Shown piece after piece: positions 34,912-46,900 of a stretch of DNA of 64,000 nucleotides (position 1 is the first letter of the stretch; each line of letters starts with the position of its first letter). Made by a program: the position numbers and the translations under genes. Origin of the DNA: Marsupella aquatica (lineage: Eukaryota > Plantae > Marchantiophyta); assembly GCA_973895155.1 (NCBI GenBank), contig OZ316894.1, positions 26,769,240-26,833,239 of the forward strand, read 5' to 3'. Under the pieces are notes generated by a model. It was not told where the DNA came from. It worked only from the letters and a program-made list of their open reading frames with translations, and did not search any database.

Positions 34912-36210
34912 CTAAATAATCCGAGGATACATCTCTCCTGGATTGTTCCTTAACCCTGACCACAGAGATGCAGGTCTGTTGGATAGGTCTCGTGCTCCAG
35001 TCTCACTGATGCCGAAAACACTATCAGCGGCATCTCCCAAAAAGTACTCTACTTCTCCCTGACATGGTCTGATCTCGGCCACATGCCGAACATGATTAGT
35101 ATTAAGCTTAGGACAAGCATCTTTATGGTGTCCGGTTTTATAACATAAGGCACACCATACAGAGCTATCCTCCTGTACTACCTTCTTCTTTGGTTTTACC
35201 TCTGCAATGATAGCCTTAAGTTGCTCGGTAAGGGCTACGATGTTATCTGGTGGCTTAGCCTCCATCTTGACTTTCGTCTTCCCTCTCCTTCTGCCCTTCC
35301 TTTTCCTAGTTTTTTCTTCTTCAGAACTAGAAGATGACTCACTCTTGCTACTCCCACTATCCGAGCTTGACTTATCACTTCTAGACTTCTTGGAATGTTT
35401 CTTCTTCTTATCTTTTTTCTTATGGGGTGATCCCTCCTCTGATGAGGAACTCTCAGACTTAAGCTGTTTCTTCCGGCTTGTGATATCTGCATTAATGTAT
35501 AATTGAATATCCTTAATTGCTTCGGCTAAGGTCTCTGGGTTCTCCTTCCTAATTGCAAAACTCATCTTCTGTGGCAAAGCATTCACCAACCATTGAAGTT
35601 GCATACCTTCAGATGCATTGGTCTTTGTACGTCTTACCAGTTTCTGAAAGCGTTGCAAGAACTTCCTGAAGGATTTGTTCTCCTTGAACCGAAGTTGTCC
35701 CAACTTCAGCACTGCTAGTTCTGAAGTTCCAATGGGTCGAAACTCCTTAACAAAGAGTGTTTTGAAGATATCCCAGATGGCTTGATCTTCCACATCTAAT
35801 GCTCTGTACCAAGGCCTAGCCTCACCCTTGAACAGGCCGGGAAGAATCTGCATCTTGATGGCCGATTCTCCATTTGCTGCAGCGGTTCCCTCGAAATCAT
35901 CCAACCATTCGTCCGGATCCTCATCTCCTCTCCCATGAAATGCCTTGTAATGTATGCGCGACCGCTGGCTCAATCTGGTCCCTGGCCTCTCGTCTGGCCG
36001 TGCCTCTGGTTCCCCCATGTCGGTTGGAGACTCACTTCTCCTTACCGACTCTTCTTCTGGTATGTCTTCTTCGACGCCACTTCCAGTTTCGGAGCTACCA
36101 GCTCTTTCTGCCCCTCTCAGTCGCTGTGTATCATGCCACCCGGCGAGCTGCTGCAGTCGAGCTCTCTCCCGTTGAATCACTCTTTCTTCCCTCGGCGTAA
36201 GGTCAGTCAT
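34912..36210 (-). CDS. gag: Gypsy gag (capsid domain, Ser/Lys-rich linker, CCHC knuckle)
   Basis: FHGRGDEDPDEWLDDFE, GEARPWY, WDIFKTLFVKEF and CALCYKTGHHKDAC; the ATG is about 70 nt after the 5' LTR. Confidence 0.92.
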   Translation of the reverse strand: MTDLTPREERVIQRERARLQQLAGWHDTQRLRGAERAGSSETGSGVEEDIPEEESVRRSESPTDMGEPEARPDERPGTRLSQRSRIHYKAFHGRGDEDPDEWLDDFEGTAAANGESAIKMQILPGLFKGEARPWYRALDVEDQAIWDIFKTLFVKEFRPIGTSELAVLKLGQLRFKENKSFRKFLQRFQKLVRRTKTNASEGMQLQWLVNALPQKMSFAIRKENPETLAEAIKDIQLYINADITSRKKQLKSESSSSEEGSPHKKKDKKKKHSKKSRSDKSSSDSGSSKSESSSSSEEEKTRKRKGRRRGKTKVKMEAKPPDNIVALTEQLKAIIAEVKPKKKVVQEDSSVWCALCYKTGHHKDACPKLNTNHVRHVAEIRPCQGEVEYFLGDAADSVFGISETGARDLSNRPASLWSGLRNNPGEMYPRII

Positions 36211-36256
36211 TACCTACGCTTCCGTTCTAACTTCATATCTCACGGCTTAAGAAATG

Positions 36257-36275
36257 CCCCCTCCATCTAGCGCCA
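36257..36275 (-). promoter_or_regulatory. Primer-binding site (non-Met type)
   Basis: TGGCGCTAGATGGAGGGGG, 4 nt after the 5' LTR. A TGGCG start is typical of non-chromovirus elements. The cognate tRNA was not assigned. Confidence 0.8.
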
Positions 36276-36279
36276 AAAA

Positions 36280-39200
36280 TGTGGTGCGTCCCATGGCTCC
36301 CTAAACCCAAGAAACCCTCCAGCTCAAGCCGATTCCCGCAGGTTTCGTGCTCGGCGAGGCCGTTTCCGCGGCTTAGCGGCATGGGACGCTGCTAACCTTC
36401 TACTACTACTATTAACATTTTACACACATATACTGGACAGATCCTTCATCGGGTCATGAGATACGTAGCCGGCCTAATATAGGCCTTCCCCTGTCTTCCC
36501 CTGTCTTCCCCTCCGTCTTGTTAGGTATGTTTGGATTCCGCCGCCGGAATGATCCCCAATAGGCTTGGTTAAGCCGCTAAGACCTCTCTCAGCTCGACAC
36601 ATCCAACTCTCACTCCCCTGCTTACTTTCCTTCCTTCTGTTGATGTGGGCACTCTTCACACAAGTTAATGCGACACACAAATAGCAAAATGACTCATTCT
36701 GACTGAGTCATACCATGCACTTGCCATACAAACAGTACATCTCATACACAAGTTCTGCGAACTAAGCCGTGAGGCCAACTCTATTCAGCTCTTAGGCATG
36801 AGGAAGCATGAATATACACAAGGGTCACTGTATGACTAACCGAGAGCTTCTCGTACTACTTGATCCCAGCCCGGCTGGTGCAAACTAAAAACTTGCTAAA
36901 GAAGAGGCCCTGAGCTCCCCGCTGCCCAGGTACTTATCCTGGTAGTGGATCCGCCATTCTTTGCATCGTAAGCCTAATCTACTTAACAGTAATCTACTTG
37001 CCCGAATCTACCTATGTACAGCAAGGCAGGAGCACAAGTGTTGCTCCTACCAGTGGGACCGCAATCCCACTAAGCTAAGTGTCAGGGCCGCTCCTGGTTC
37101 TGATCCTAATCCTAAACGTGGAGATCCGTGCCCGCCCTGCCCACTCACGCCTCCTCCCTCCACGTCCGCCCTCCCTAAAAGGAACGACGCCCTTGCACCG
37201 TCACGACACCGGTGGTGGATCCTCAATGGACGCCCCCAACACTTCCTCCTCAGCCACTGCCGTTGGCCCGCCTACTGACAGATTACCTGCCCTTGACCGA
37301 GTCAACTCTCCATCGGCCTGACTGGGTCCACCTTCGGCTTCAGCCTCGACACCGGCCTCGGCAATACCCACGGCTTCGGCCTCAGCCACTCCCACGGCTT
37401 CGGCTTCAGCCACTCCCACGGCTTCGGCTTCCCCTTCCCCTAGGGTAGTTGGATCCTTAGCCGTGACCCTGTCTGGGGTCGGTGCTGGGTCTACCTCCTT
37501 GATCACCACGGCCTGTGAAGTCGTATTACTCCTTGACCCTGAAGGTTTCCGCTTCTTCTTCATTGGTGGCTCGGCAGCTGGTCCCTTCCCCTTCCCACTT
37601 ACTTCCGGCACTGGTGCAGGTGGCGCGGCTTGTCCTTCGGCAATTACCACCCCTGGTAACTGGTTTGTCCCAACAGGAGATGGACCTGCTGCAGCTAAGC
37701 ATTTAAATACTGCGGCTTGTTTCTTCAGCCGCTCTGTTTGGTTGTCGGCCCGCCGCTGTAGGTTCTCCATCTTCCTCGTGATTTCCTCCAACTCCTCTTG
37801 GGTTTCATCCAGGTCCTTACGTGCCCCCTCCAGCTCGTTTTTGGCCTCCTCCTGCTCCCTGTGGGCTTCCTCCAATTCCTTCTTCAAGGTAGCCTTCTCC
37901 TCGTGGGTTGCTCTTAGCTCCTTGTCGAGCTCTGCAATGATGACAGACTCCATCTGGTTCATCTTGGCGTAAGTCTGTTCGAGCATCTCGTCCTTCTCCC
38001 TTAGGTCGGCCTTGAAGCTGGCCGTCAGGGACGCAAGCTCCTGCTGCAGCGCCATAATCCCTTGATAGGATTTCCCTAACTCGACCTCCTTCTGCTCAAG
38101 GGCTCCGCGGATTTTCTCGAGCTCCCCTTTCAACGCCCATTCCTTTCTTTGGGTCTCCGCCATGGCCCGGCTGTTGGCTGTTATGTGGGCCTCCTCTGTA
38201 TTCTTCAGCTCTTGCTTCCACTTTTCCCTTTCTTTGATCGTGTCGGCCAACTCTTCCTGCGTCTGAGTCAGTTTATCCTTGATATTCTGATTATCAGCCT
38301 GCGCGGCGTCCAACTGCCCCTGCATGATGTTCAGCTCATGTCGTTTAATCCGCAGTTCATCTTGGGCTTTCTTGGCCGCCCTTAGATCTTCAATCTCGGC
38401 TTCCATCCTCCTAAGCCGCCGAATGACCTCGTCCTTCTTGCTTCTCTCTAAAGCCACCGCTTCTTCTAATTGGTGCTTCTCCAACTGCTCCCTATGGAAA
38501 AAGGGTCCTACCTCCAACTCCTCTCCAAAGATGCCGAGCGCAAGTTCCCCACACATCTCACCATACTCCATGGCTCTATTCTTAGCGTAGGTGGAGTAAG
38601 TAGAAGTGATCGGCATTGCCCATCGTGGCCTCTGCTCCCAAGCCGTCCTGCGGATCTCTTCAATCGTGGCTAGAGGTTTGCTTCCTTTTTCGGCTAGCCG
38701 CCTGATGTCCTCCGGCCAATCTCCTCCTGGTAAATCCTTTTCCTTAGCCAGGGCGGCCTCTTCCTCCTACTTGATTCGCTCCTGAAATTCCTGCACCGTC
38801 TGTTTTATGCCGTCGAAGCTCGGGGGAGCAACATCTGGTGGGGGAGACTCAGGGCTACTCTGCTGGTTGGGGTCCCCTCGCACTACCCTTGGAAGTGTGG
38901 GGACAAACCGGCCACAGGTCCTTACTCCTGGAACGTGATGGTCCGACCCATAGCCGGAATTATCATGGCTGCAGTCCTCCACTGCCTCCTCTACCTCTTG
39001 GACGTCCGGCTTCTCCCTCTCCTCTTCGTTGGTAGGAGCTTCAGGCAATTCTGCCTCAGATTCGGAGCTTGAGGTTCCCACGTACATTCGAACACCTGGC
39101 TTGGATTCCGGCCTGATTCTCTCCTTGTCTCCAGCAAAGGGGTTTTCTCTTGTGAGCCGGTGTAGGCCTACCTCTGTAGTAGTGTCCTGCATTGTTGCCG

Positions 39201-40937
39201 TTGCCGTTGTTTTTGCCGATGCCGATCTCTTTTCTTTCTCCAGTAGTTTCAGCAGACTCTGCATGCCTGGTTGCTGCATCGGCAAGTCTTCCTTCCTGGG
39301 CCTAAACACCTGCTCGATCGTAGGACTAACAGGTGGTTGAGGCTTCTCAGCCAACGGCCTCGGCGTTGGAGCTTCCTCGGGTGCCCTTACCTGCAGGGGA
39401 AGTACCGGGGCAAAAGTCTGACCTCTGGCATACCGGCACAACAGCGGCATGTGATAGCCAAGCCGCGACACGCTCCCCATGCCGATTACCTGCTGCTCCT
39501 CCTTTAAGATCTTCTTCAATTGGTTGAGGAGGTACCCGTTGTAGTCCCGGCTTGGGTCTGGCCTTTCTGCCAGATAGACCTGTGCCTTGCCGATCTCTGC
39601 CCTCGGCAAGTTACAATGCATGGTCACCCGCAAGAAGTCGATCATCTCTCCTATGTGCGGGTTGGTGCAGGTGTTCCGGAAGAAGCCATTCTTCGTTGAT
39701 GGCCCGGGGAACGACCGGAACTCCTTGTCAGGCAAGGTCTTCCTGGTATCAACTTTGGTCTTATTGCCCATCGGCAAGCCAAACACTTCGGCAATCACCT
39801 TGGGAGTAAGATAGAAATCCTTCCCATATATCCTCGTGCAATTGGTCTCGGGTTCCCATGACCCCACGAATTCTAATAGGTCTGACTCCGGTACCTCCGG
39901 CTTCAGCCATGGTAATCTTACAAAGGCCTCCAAGCCGGATCCGGCCATGAAGCCTTGGTACTTCTTGGTCTGCATGGCCGTAAAGCATGCATCCTCCTCC
40001 CGTGCAAAATGTAGTTGCACCTCCACCGGTAGGGTTGCCGCCCAGCCCTTCCAGGTGTCATCCCTGGTTGGAATGGCCTTGATGGGATCGACCTCCTCCT
40101 CTTCGGCTTCTCCCTGCCTCCTGCTCTGCTGCTCGGCTGGCTTCTTTGGTGCCGCCGACCTCGTTCTTTTTGCCGGGGTGGCTTCATCGTTGACGGCTCC
40201 CTTCCTCTATCTCTGCTGCCGTGGAGGTTTCTCCTAGCACCGTTGCCCGGGTCCACCTTTCCGTGCTACCCTTTAATTCCCAGTGTATGTCGTTGCAGTT
40301 CTTGATGGCCTCTCGGATGCCGACGACGCTGTCTTTGCAAAACAGAAGATCGTCGAGTTGATTGGAAGTAGGCGTCCACAGGAACTCGTCCTTGATGAGT
40401 TTGCCTCCTAAGAAAGCCGTCTTCTGCAGCTCCCACAATCGAGCGAGCTCCTGCCGTTCTCGAGCTGCCCTTTCTGACTCCTCGTCCTCGTAAGTCTTGA
40501 TGTACTCAGTTGCCCGTTCGAACAGGCATCCCCAGAAATGTGCCGCTTGATTGACGTTGCTCATACCCTCCTTAGGTTGATCGTCGGTATCTACTCTCTC
40601 CCCGAGTGCTTGCCTAAGCAGCTGACAGTAGTTGGCCTCCCGTAGTCGTCTGCCTAGTTCGTGCTCGCAAATGAGCCACCATCTCCTGCAAGCGCTCCTT
40701 ACCCCTCTCCTCTGCCGGTCCTTCTTCCCGTTGATCCTTCCTAGCCGCCGACGCTTAACGCGCCCTAACCCTAATCGGTTTTTCACCCTCAGCCTTACCT
40801 CCGGCCTCTGCCCGGGTTCCATGGTTGCCCCTAATTGTTTATATTTTCCTTGTTTTGTCACTATACTAAGGTGTTCCTAGGGTGCCTTCCTGCTTTACCC
40901 ACTTAACCGGCCGAGTGATTCCTGTCTAGGCATCACA
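36280..40937 (-). repeat. 5' LTR of the family-A element (4658 bp)
   Basis: Direct repeat of 25377-30058, followed by the PBS and gag. Confidence 0.96.
37201..40822 (-). pseudogene. LTR-encoded protein, 5' LTR copy
   Basis: Carries the same 2-bp deletion (near 40209) plus an in-frame TAG at 38767-38769. Confidence 0.88.
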
Positions 40938-43900
40938 GTCCCTCACGGAAGAACGGCTCAAGATGATCTTTCGGTTACCCGAAGGGGACCACCGAGTCGA
41001 ATCACGGGCCCCCGGGGGCAAGGGAGCCAAGTACCAATCCTCGAGCTTTCCCTCAGAGGGAGCAGTGGACAACGGGTTCGTGATGAGGACCTGCCTCATC
41101 CCCGAGATAGCCGAGCGACTAGAGTTCCAAAGGTACGCCCTCCACATGATGGAACCCCGGGGGGAGATCTTCGCCGCCCAGGTTATCCAGGTCGAGAACT
41201 ATCGACCTAGGAAGTGGGCGTCGTACTTTGTTAAGAAATTCCATGAAGAGATGGAGCGGCGAAGGAAGACGTTGTACATTGGAGGGAAGGCGTATTTCAC
41301 TGGCCACATTGAGATCATTCTTGAGTGGTACGCTCGGTTGGATCGACGAACCCTTCCCCGTGTCAACATTACAAGGCTGGTCCCAGCTAGGTGGGTTTTC
41401 CCGGCCTTGGAGAGACGGCCCCAACCCGAGGCCCGAAGTCCAGCGGACACGCAGGCTTCATCCACCCCACCCCCACAAGTAGCTGTAGTCGTGACCGAGG
41501 AGGTACCGGATGGGTCGGTTATCGCAACCGTAGATGCAATCCAACAAGTTGGGCTAAGTACAGAAGTCGGTACAGCGGAGGTCTTACTCGAGCCCGGGTC
41601 TCCCAAAGACCCACCGGTGGCTGTTTTGGAGAACCAGACTTTGCTGCAGGAGGACACTCCAGCCCCTTCCAACACGTCCCCAGGGCTGGATGTCACTGCC
41701 CCGGCCCCCGCGCGTGTTGACGTCTGCGCGTGTCCAACTCTGGACAGGCACAACCTGGACCACCCGGAACTCTTTGTACCGGATATATTTCTGAACGGGC
41801 TTCTAGGAGATTTCTCTCATCAAATTGCCCGGGATACCGGGGAGTTCATGGCCCGGAAGGTAGCCTGTTTCTTCAATCAGGAGTTGGTTGCCGCAGTAAA
41901 AGCAGGTCGGGCTCAATCAGAGGCCCTTCAGAGGATAGAGCGGTACCGAGTGGAGTCCGTATACTTAAAGAATGAAGTTGCAGCTCAAGAGGCTGAGCTT
42001 CTGCAACTACGACCCAAAGTTGCAGCCGCCGACGAGTTGTTAGCAAAGGTGCACACCCTTACCGCCCTAGCGAGCAGGCCAAAGCTGGAAACGAGGCCGA
42101 GATTTCACGGCTCCGGTCCCAGATTGACAGTTTGAAGAATCAAATTGTCATCTGGCAGAAAGACCTGGAGGAGGCCGAAGAACGGGCCCAGCGGGACACT
42201 GCGGAGATAGCCACGCTACAAGCCGAAGTAGCGCAGCTTCAAACCAAAGCCGGGAAGCAGGACCAGTTGGTGGGCAAGCTGACGAGCGATGCCCAGCAGC
42301 TGGAAGAGGCATGCTAGGAGGCAGCGGAGGAGACGGACGCGGCGAAGCGAGAGAACAAATCTCTGCTAGACCAAGTCCAGCTCCTCAAGTCGGACAACGC
42401 CAGACTTCGCAAGCAGTGGGATGACCGTTCCCACTCGGACGGCTCTGGCAAGCGTGCCAGACATTAGCGGCGGAGAGGAATAGAATAGGGTTAGGAATAG
42501 CTAAGTCAGGCTATTGGGACAGGCACCTGCCTTAGTTATAGCAGCACTGCCATGTTGTCCAGCCTGCGTAGATTAGGATCTTCTAATAAGACACAGCCGT
42601 TTTTTGGCCTGACAGTCAGCTTAGTTAGGACCTTAGTCAGCAAATCTTCGGGCGGGAGGACACTCTGTTTCTTGGCCCTCAGTATTTAGTGCACCCCTCG
42701 GTAGAAGCAAGGGGGGGTTTTTAGTCTCAGAGTTGGACATCCGTGGTATGTGCGGGGAGTCCCGACCTCTGGGAGTGAAAGAGTACCAAGGGGAGGGGGG
42801 TAGGACTAAGCTCGCCGAGCGAGTGTGGAGCCGGGCTCCGTTGTAGTGTACACCCTCGGCCTTGAACCTGTTCATTCCGGAGCTGTCGGGTCAACCAAGT
42901 GTACACTTATGTCCCCTGTGTAGTAAAATCCTTTCCCATTACTTCCTTCGTGTAAATCGAGATTGTATGCTTGTGCGTGTGTATGCGTGTATGAATCTCG
43001 TGTATAGGTGACAACGCCGGGCCGAACGCACTCCTCGAGTCGTGCACGAGGTGCAGCTTGCGAGTATGTGGTTGCGAGCACGGGTTGAGGACCTGTATCA
43101 TTGAATCCGGATCAAAGGCGGACAACACAAAGGTTTAGAAGTCCTTAGGCCGGGGTCGATCCTGCTATCGACTAAGGTACGTTCCGGCGGCGGAACACAA
43201 ACCATACCTAGGAGGTGTCTGTATCTAACAATATGCGCACTTAGCGCTAATTTACATGAATTAGGTGCATTACGTTCTTCCCTCCCTGCCCGAACCCTCA
43301 TATTTACGAAGGATGTGCCCGTTTAAAGCTGAAGCCCGAGTTAAGGCCAAGGCTGATGACATGACAATAGGATTTCCCTAACTCGGCCTCCTTCTGCTCA
43401 AGGGCTCCGCGGAGATCCTCGAGCTCCCCCTTCAGCGCCCTCTCCTTCCTCTGTGTCTCCGCCATGGCCCAATTGTTGGTTTCTCTGTGGGCCTCCTCTG
43501 CGTCCTTCAGCTCCCACTTCCATTTCTCCTTTTCCTTGACCGCGTCGGCCAACTCCCCTTGGGTCCGAGTCAGTTTATCTTTGATAATCTGATTATCAGA
43601 TTGAGCGGTATCCAATTAGCCTTGCATGATGTTGAGCTCATGCCACTTAATCCGCAGCTCATCTTGGGCTTTCTTGGCCGCTTTCAAGTCTTTTGCCTTG
43701 GCTTCCTTCTCCCTAAGCCGTCGGATGACCTCGTCTTTCTTCCTCCTCTCCAAAGCCACCGCTTCTTCCAATCGGTTTTTTTCCAACATCTCCCTCTGGA
43801 AAAAGGGTCCCTGCTCCAACTCCTCCCCAAAGATGTTGAGCGCAAGTTCCCCACACATCTTCCCGTACTCCATGGCTCTGTCTTGCGTATAGGTGGAGTG

Positions 43901-46900
43901 AGTAGTAGTCATTGGCATCACCCATCGCGGCCTTTCTTCCTAAGCCGCCTTTTGGATCTCTTCTATCATGATTGGAGGGCTGCTTCATCTTTCTGCAAGC
44001 CGTCGGATGTCCTCTGGCCATTCTCTCCTATGTAAATCCTTCTCCTTGGCCAGGGCTACCTTCTCTTCTTCCGTGAGTCGCTCCTGAAACTCCTGTGCCA
44101 TCTATTTTATCTCGTCAAATCTTGGGGGAGCAACATCTGGTGGGGGAGACTTGGGGCTGGTCTGCTGGGTGGGGTCCCCTCAAAATACTCTAGGAAGCGT
44201 GGGGATAAAACGGCCATAGGTCCTTACTCCTGGGACATGATGTTCCGACCTGTAGCCGGAGTCGTCATTGCCGTAGTCCTCCACCACCTCCTCCCCGGCT
44301 TGGACTACCGGCTCCCCCCGTTCTTCTCCTGATCTTGCTGCAAACGCGGCCTCCTGCCAAACACAACTCATGAGTCCTGGTTCCTCCTTCGGCTTCCAGG
44401 CTGTCCTCTCCTTCTGTTTATCGTGACCAGGAGCTTTGGGCTGCTCTCCCTCGACTTCTGGACTTGCGGCTCCCACATACATTCGAACCCCCGACTCATG
44501 TTCCGACCTCCTTCTTTCCTTGGCTCCGGTAAAGGGGTATTCCCTTGTGAGTTTGCTTAGGCCTACTTCCTAAGCAGTGTCCTATACCGGTGCCGTTGCC
44601 ATCGCAGCCTTCTTTTCCTTCTCCAGCAATTTCAGAAGATTTTGCATGCTTGGTTGCTGCATCGGCAAGTCTTCCGTCCTTGTCCTAAACACTTGCTCGA
44701 TTGTAGGACTGCCGGGCTGGTTGGGTTTCTCTACTGCCAGCCTCTAGTCCAGAACCTCCTCTGGTGCCCTTGCCTACAGGGGAAGTACTGGGGCAAAGAT
44801 CTGACTCCGGGCATACCGGCACAACAGCGGCATGTGATAGCCAAGTCGGGACACGCTTCCCTTGCCGATCACCTATTGTTCCTCCTTCAAGATCTTCTTC
44901 AGTTGGGTGAGGAGTTACCCGTTGTAGTCCCGGCTTGGGTCTGGTCTCTCCGCTAGGTAGACTTGTGCCTTGCTGATCTCTGGCCTAGGTAGGTTGCAGT
45001 GCATGGTTACCCACAAGAAATTGATCATCTCCCCAATGTGTGGGTTGGTGCAGGTGTTCCGGAAGAAGCCATTCTTTGTTGATGGCCCTAGGAATGACCA
45101 AAACTCCTTGTCTAGCAAGGTCTTCCTGGTATCTACTTTGGTCTTATTGCCCATCGGCAAGCCAAACACTTCAACAATCACCTGGGGAGTGAGATAGAAA
45201 TCCTTCCCATACAATTTGTCTCGGGATCCCATGATCCCACAAATTCTAATAAGTCAAAATCCGGCACCTCCAGCTTCAGCCATGGTAATTTCATGAAGGC
45301 TTCCAAGCCGGATCCGGCCACGAAGCCCTGGTACTTCCGAGTCTGCATAGCCGTAAAGCATGCATCCTCCTCGTGCAAAGTGTAATTGCACTTCCTCAGG
45401 GAGGGTTGCCGCCCAGCCCCTCCAGGTGTCATCCCTTGTTGGAACGGTATTAATGGGGTCGACCTCCTCCTCTTCCGCTTCCCCCTACCTCCTGCTTCCT
45501 TGCTCGGCTGGCTTCCTTGGTGCCGCCGACCTCATTCTCTTTGTAGGGGTGGCCTCTTTGTTTTTGGACCCTTTCCTCTTCATGGTGGCTACTGTGGATG
45601 TTTCTCTGAGTATGGTTGCCTTCATCCACACCTCCGTGCTACCCTTTAGCTCCCAGTGTATGTCGTTGCAGCGGTTGATGGCTTCCTAGATGCCGACTGT
45701 GATGCCTAGCCAGGAATCACTAGCCCGGTTTAATGGTAAAGCAGGAGTGTACCTTGGAAACACCTTAGTATAGGAACAAAACAAGGAAAATATAAACAAT
45801 TAAGGGTGACTATGGAACCCGGGCCGAGGCTGGAAGTAAGGATGCGGGGGGAGAGAACACGATTAGGGTTAGGGCGCGCTAAGCGTTGGCGGCTAGGGGT
45901 GACCAACAGGAGGGAAGACCTTAGGAGGAGAGGGGTAAGGACCGCTCACGAGGAATAGTGGCTCATTTGCAAGAACGAACTGGGCAGACGACTATGGGAG
46001 GCCAATCGCTGTCAGCTGCTTAGGCAAGCACTTGGGGTGGGAACAGATACCAACGATCGACTCAAGGAGGGTATGAGCAACGTCAATCAAACGGCACATT
46101 TTTGGGGATGCCTATTCAAACGGGCAGGTGAGTACATCAGGACTTACCAGGACGAGGAATCGGAGAGAGTAGCTCGAGAACGACAGGAACTCGCTCGGCT
46201 CTGGGAACTACAGAAGACGGCTTTCTTAGGAGGAGAACTTATCAAAGCCAAGTTCTTGTGGACTCCTACTGCCAATCAGCTTGACGACCTTCTGTTTTGC
46301 AAAAACAGAATCGTCGGCATCCGGGAAGCCATCAATCGCTGCAGCGACCTACACTGGGAGTTGAAGTGTAACACGGACGGGTGGACGAAGGCAACCTTGC
46401 TAGGAGAAACATCCACGGCAGCCGAGATGAAGAGGAAAGAAAACAACAACGAAGAGGCCACCCCGGCAAAAAGAACGAGGTCGGCGGCACCTAGGAAGCC
46501 AGCAGCGCAGCAGAGCGGGACTAGGGGAGAAGCCGAGGAGGAAGAGGTCGATCCCATCAATGCCATTCCAACAAACGATGACACCTGGAAAGGCTGGACG
46601 GCGACCCTACCGGAGGAAGTGCAATTACACTTTGCACGAGAGGAGGATGCATGCTTTATGGCCATGCAGACCAAGAAGTACCAAGGCTTCATGGCCAGAT
46701 CCGGCTTGGAAGCCTTCGTAAGATTACCATGGCTAAAGCCGGAGGTGTCGGACTCAAACTTATTAGAATTCGTGGGATCATGGGAACTCGAGACCAATTC
46801 CACGAGGGTGTATGGGAAGGATTTCTATCTCACTCCCCGGGTGATTGCCGAGGTGTTTGGCTTGCCGATAGGTAATAAGACCAAGGTTGATACCAGGAAG

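Larger units (their letters stand above)
25377..40937 (-). mobile_element. Full-length Ty3/Gypsy non-chromovirus element (family A), 15.56 kb, with 4.7-kb LTRs
   Basis: Direct repeats at 25377-30058 and 36280-40937 with TG...CA ends, 5-bp TSD GTCCC (25372-25376 and 40938-40942), PBS, PPT and gag-PR-RT-RH-INT order. No chromodomain or extra RNase H was seen. Confidence 0.97.
24257..42467 (+). pseudogene. Family-B LTR-encoded protein of about 880 codons (24257-25376 joined to 40943-42467)
   Basis: One TAG in a QPQL repeat (24785-24787). The frame rejoins across the insertion as RGRNMS|LTEERLKMIFRLPEG. There is a frameshift near 42070 and a TAG at 42315-42317, and the C-terminus is a coiled coil. 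Confidence 0.85.
23790..43366 (+). mobile_element. Family-B solo LTR of about 4.0 kb (pieces 23790-25376 and 40943-43366)
   Basis: TGTGACGCC...ATGACA ends and 5-bp TSD ATAGG (23785-23789 and 43367-43371). The host sequence rejoins exactly (CCCTTGATAGG|ATTTCCCTAAC). No gag or pol is present. The 5' end resembles family A (TGTGATGCC). Confidence 0.88.
22083..45697 (-). mobile_element. Old diverged family-A giant LTR (pieces 22083-23789 and 43372-45697), host of the nest; its 5' end is not found in the window
   Basis: Begins with TGTGGTGCATCCCATGGCTCCC, the family terminus. It is collinear with 25377-29445 once the ATAGG-bounded insertion is removed. The ORF has many stops and frameshifts, and the copy is interrupted at 45698. 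Confidence 0.9.

Noticed and set aside
25377-40937. Reading the 4.7-kb repeats as a segmental duplication or duplicated host myosin/SMC-like genes
   Set aside because: The boundaries coincide with TG/CA ends, PBS, PPT and a TSD, and the same unit occurs as a TSD-bounded solo LTR. No motor or ATPase motifs are present.
40926-41147. ORF ending in CDA*, like pol
   Set aside because: It simply runs into the LTR's first bases (TGT GAT GCC TAG) and is antisense to the family-B ORF.
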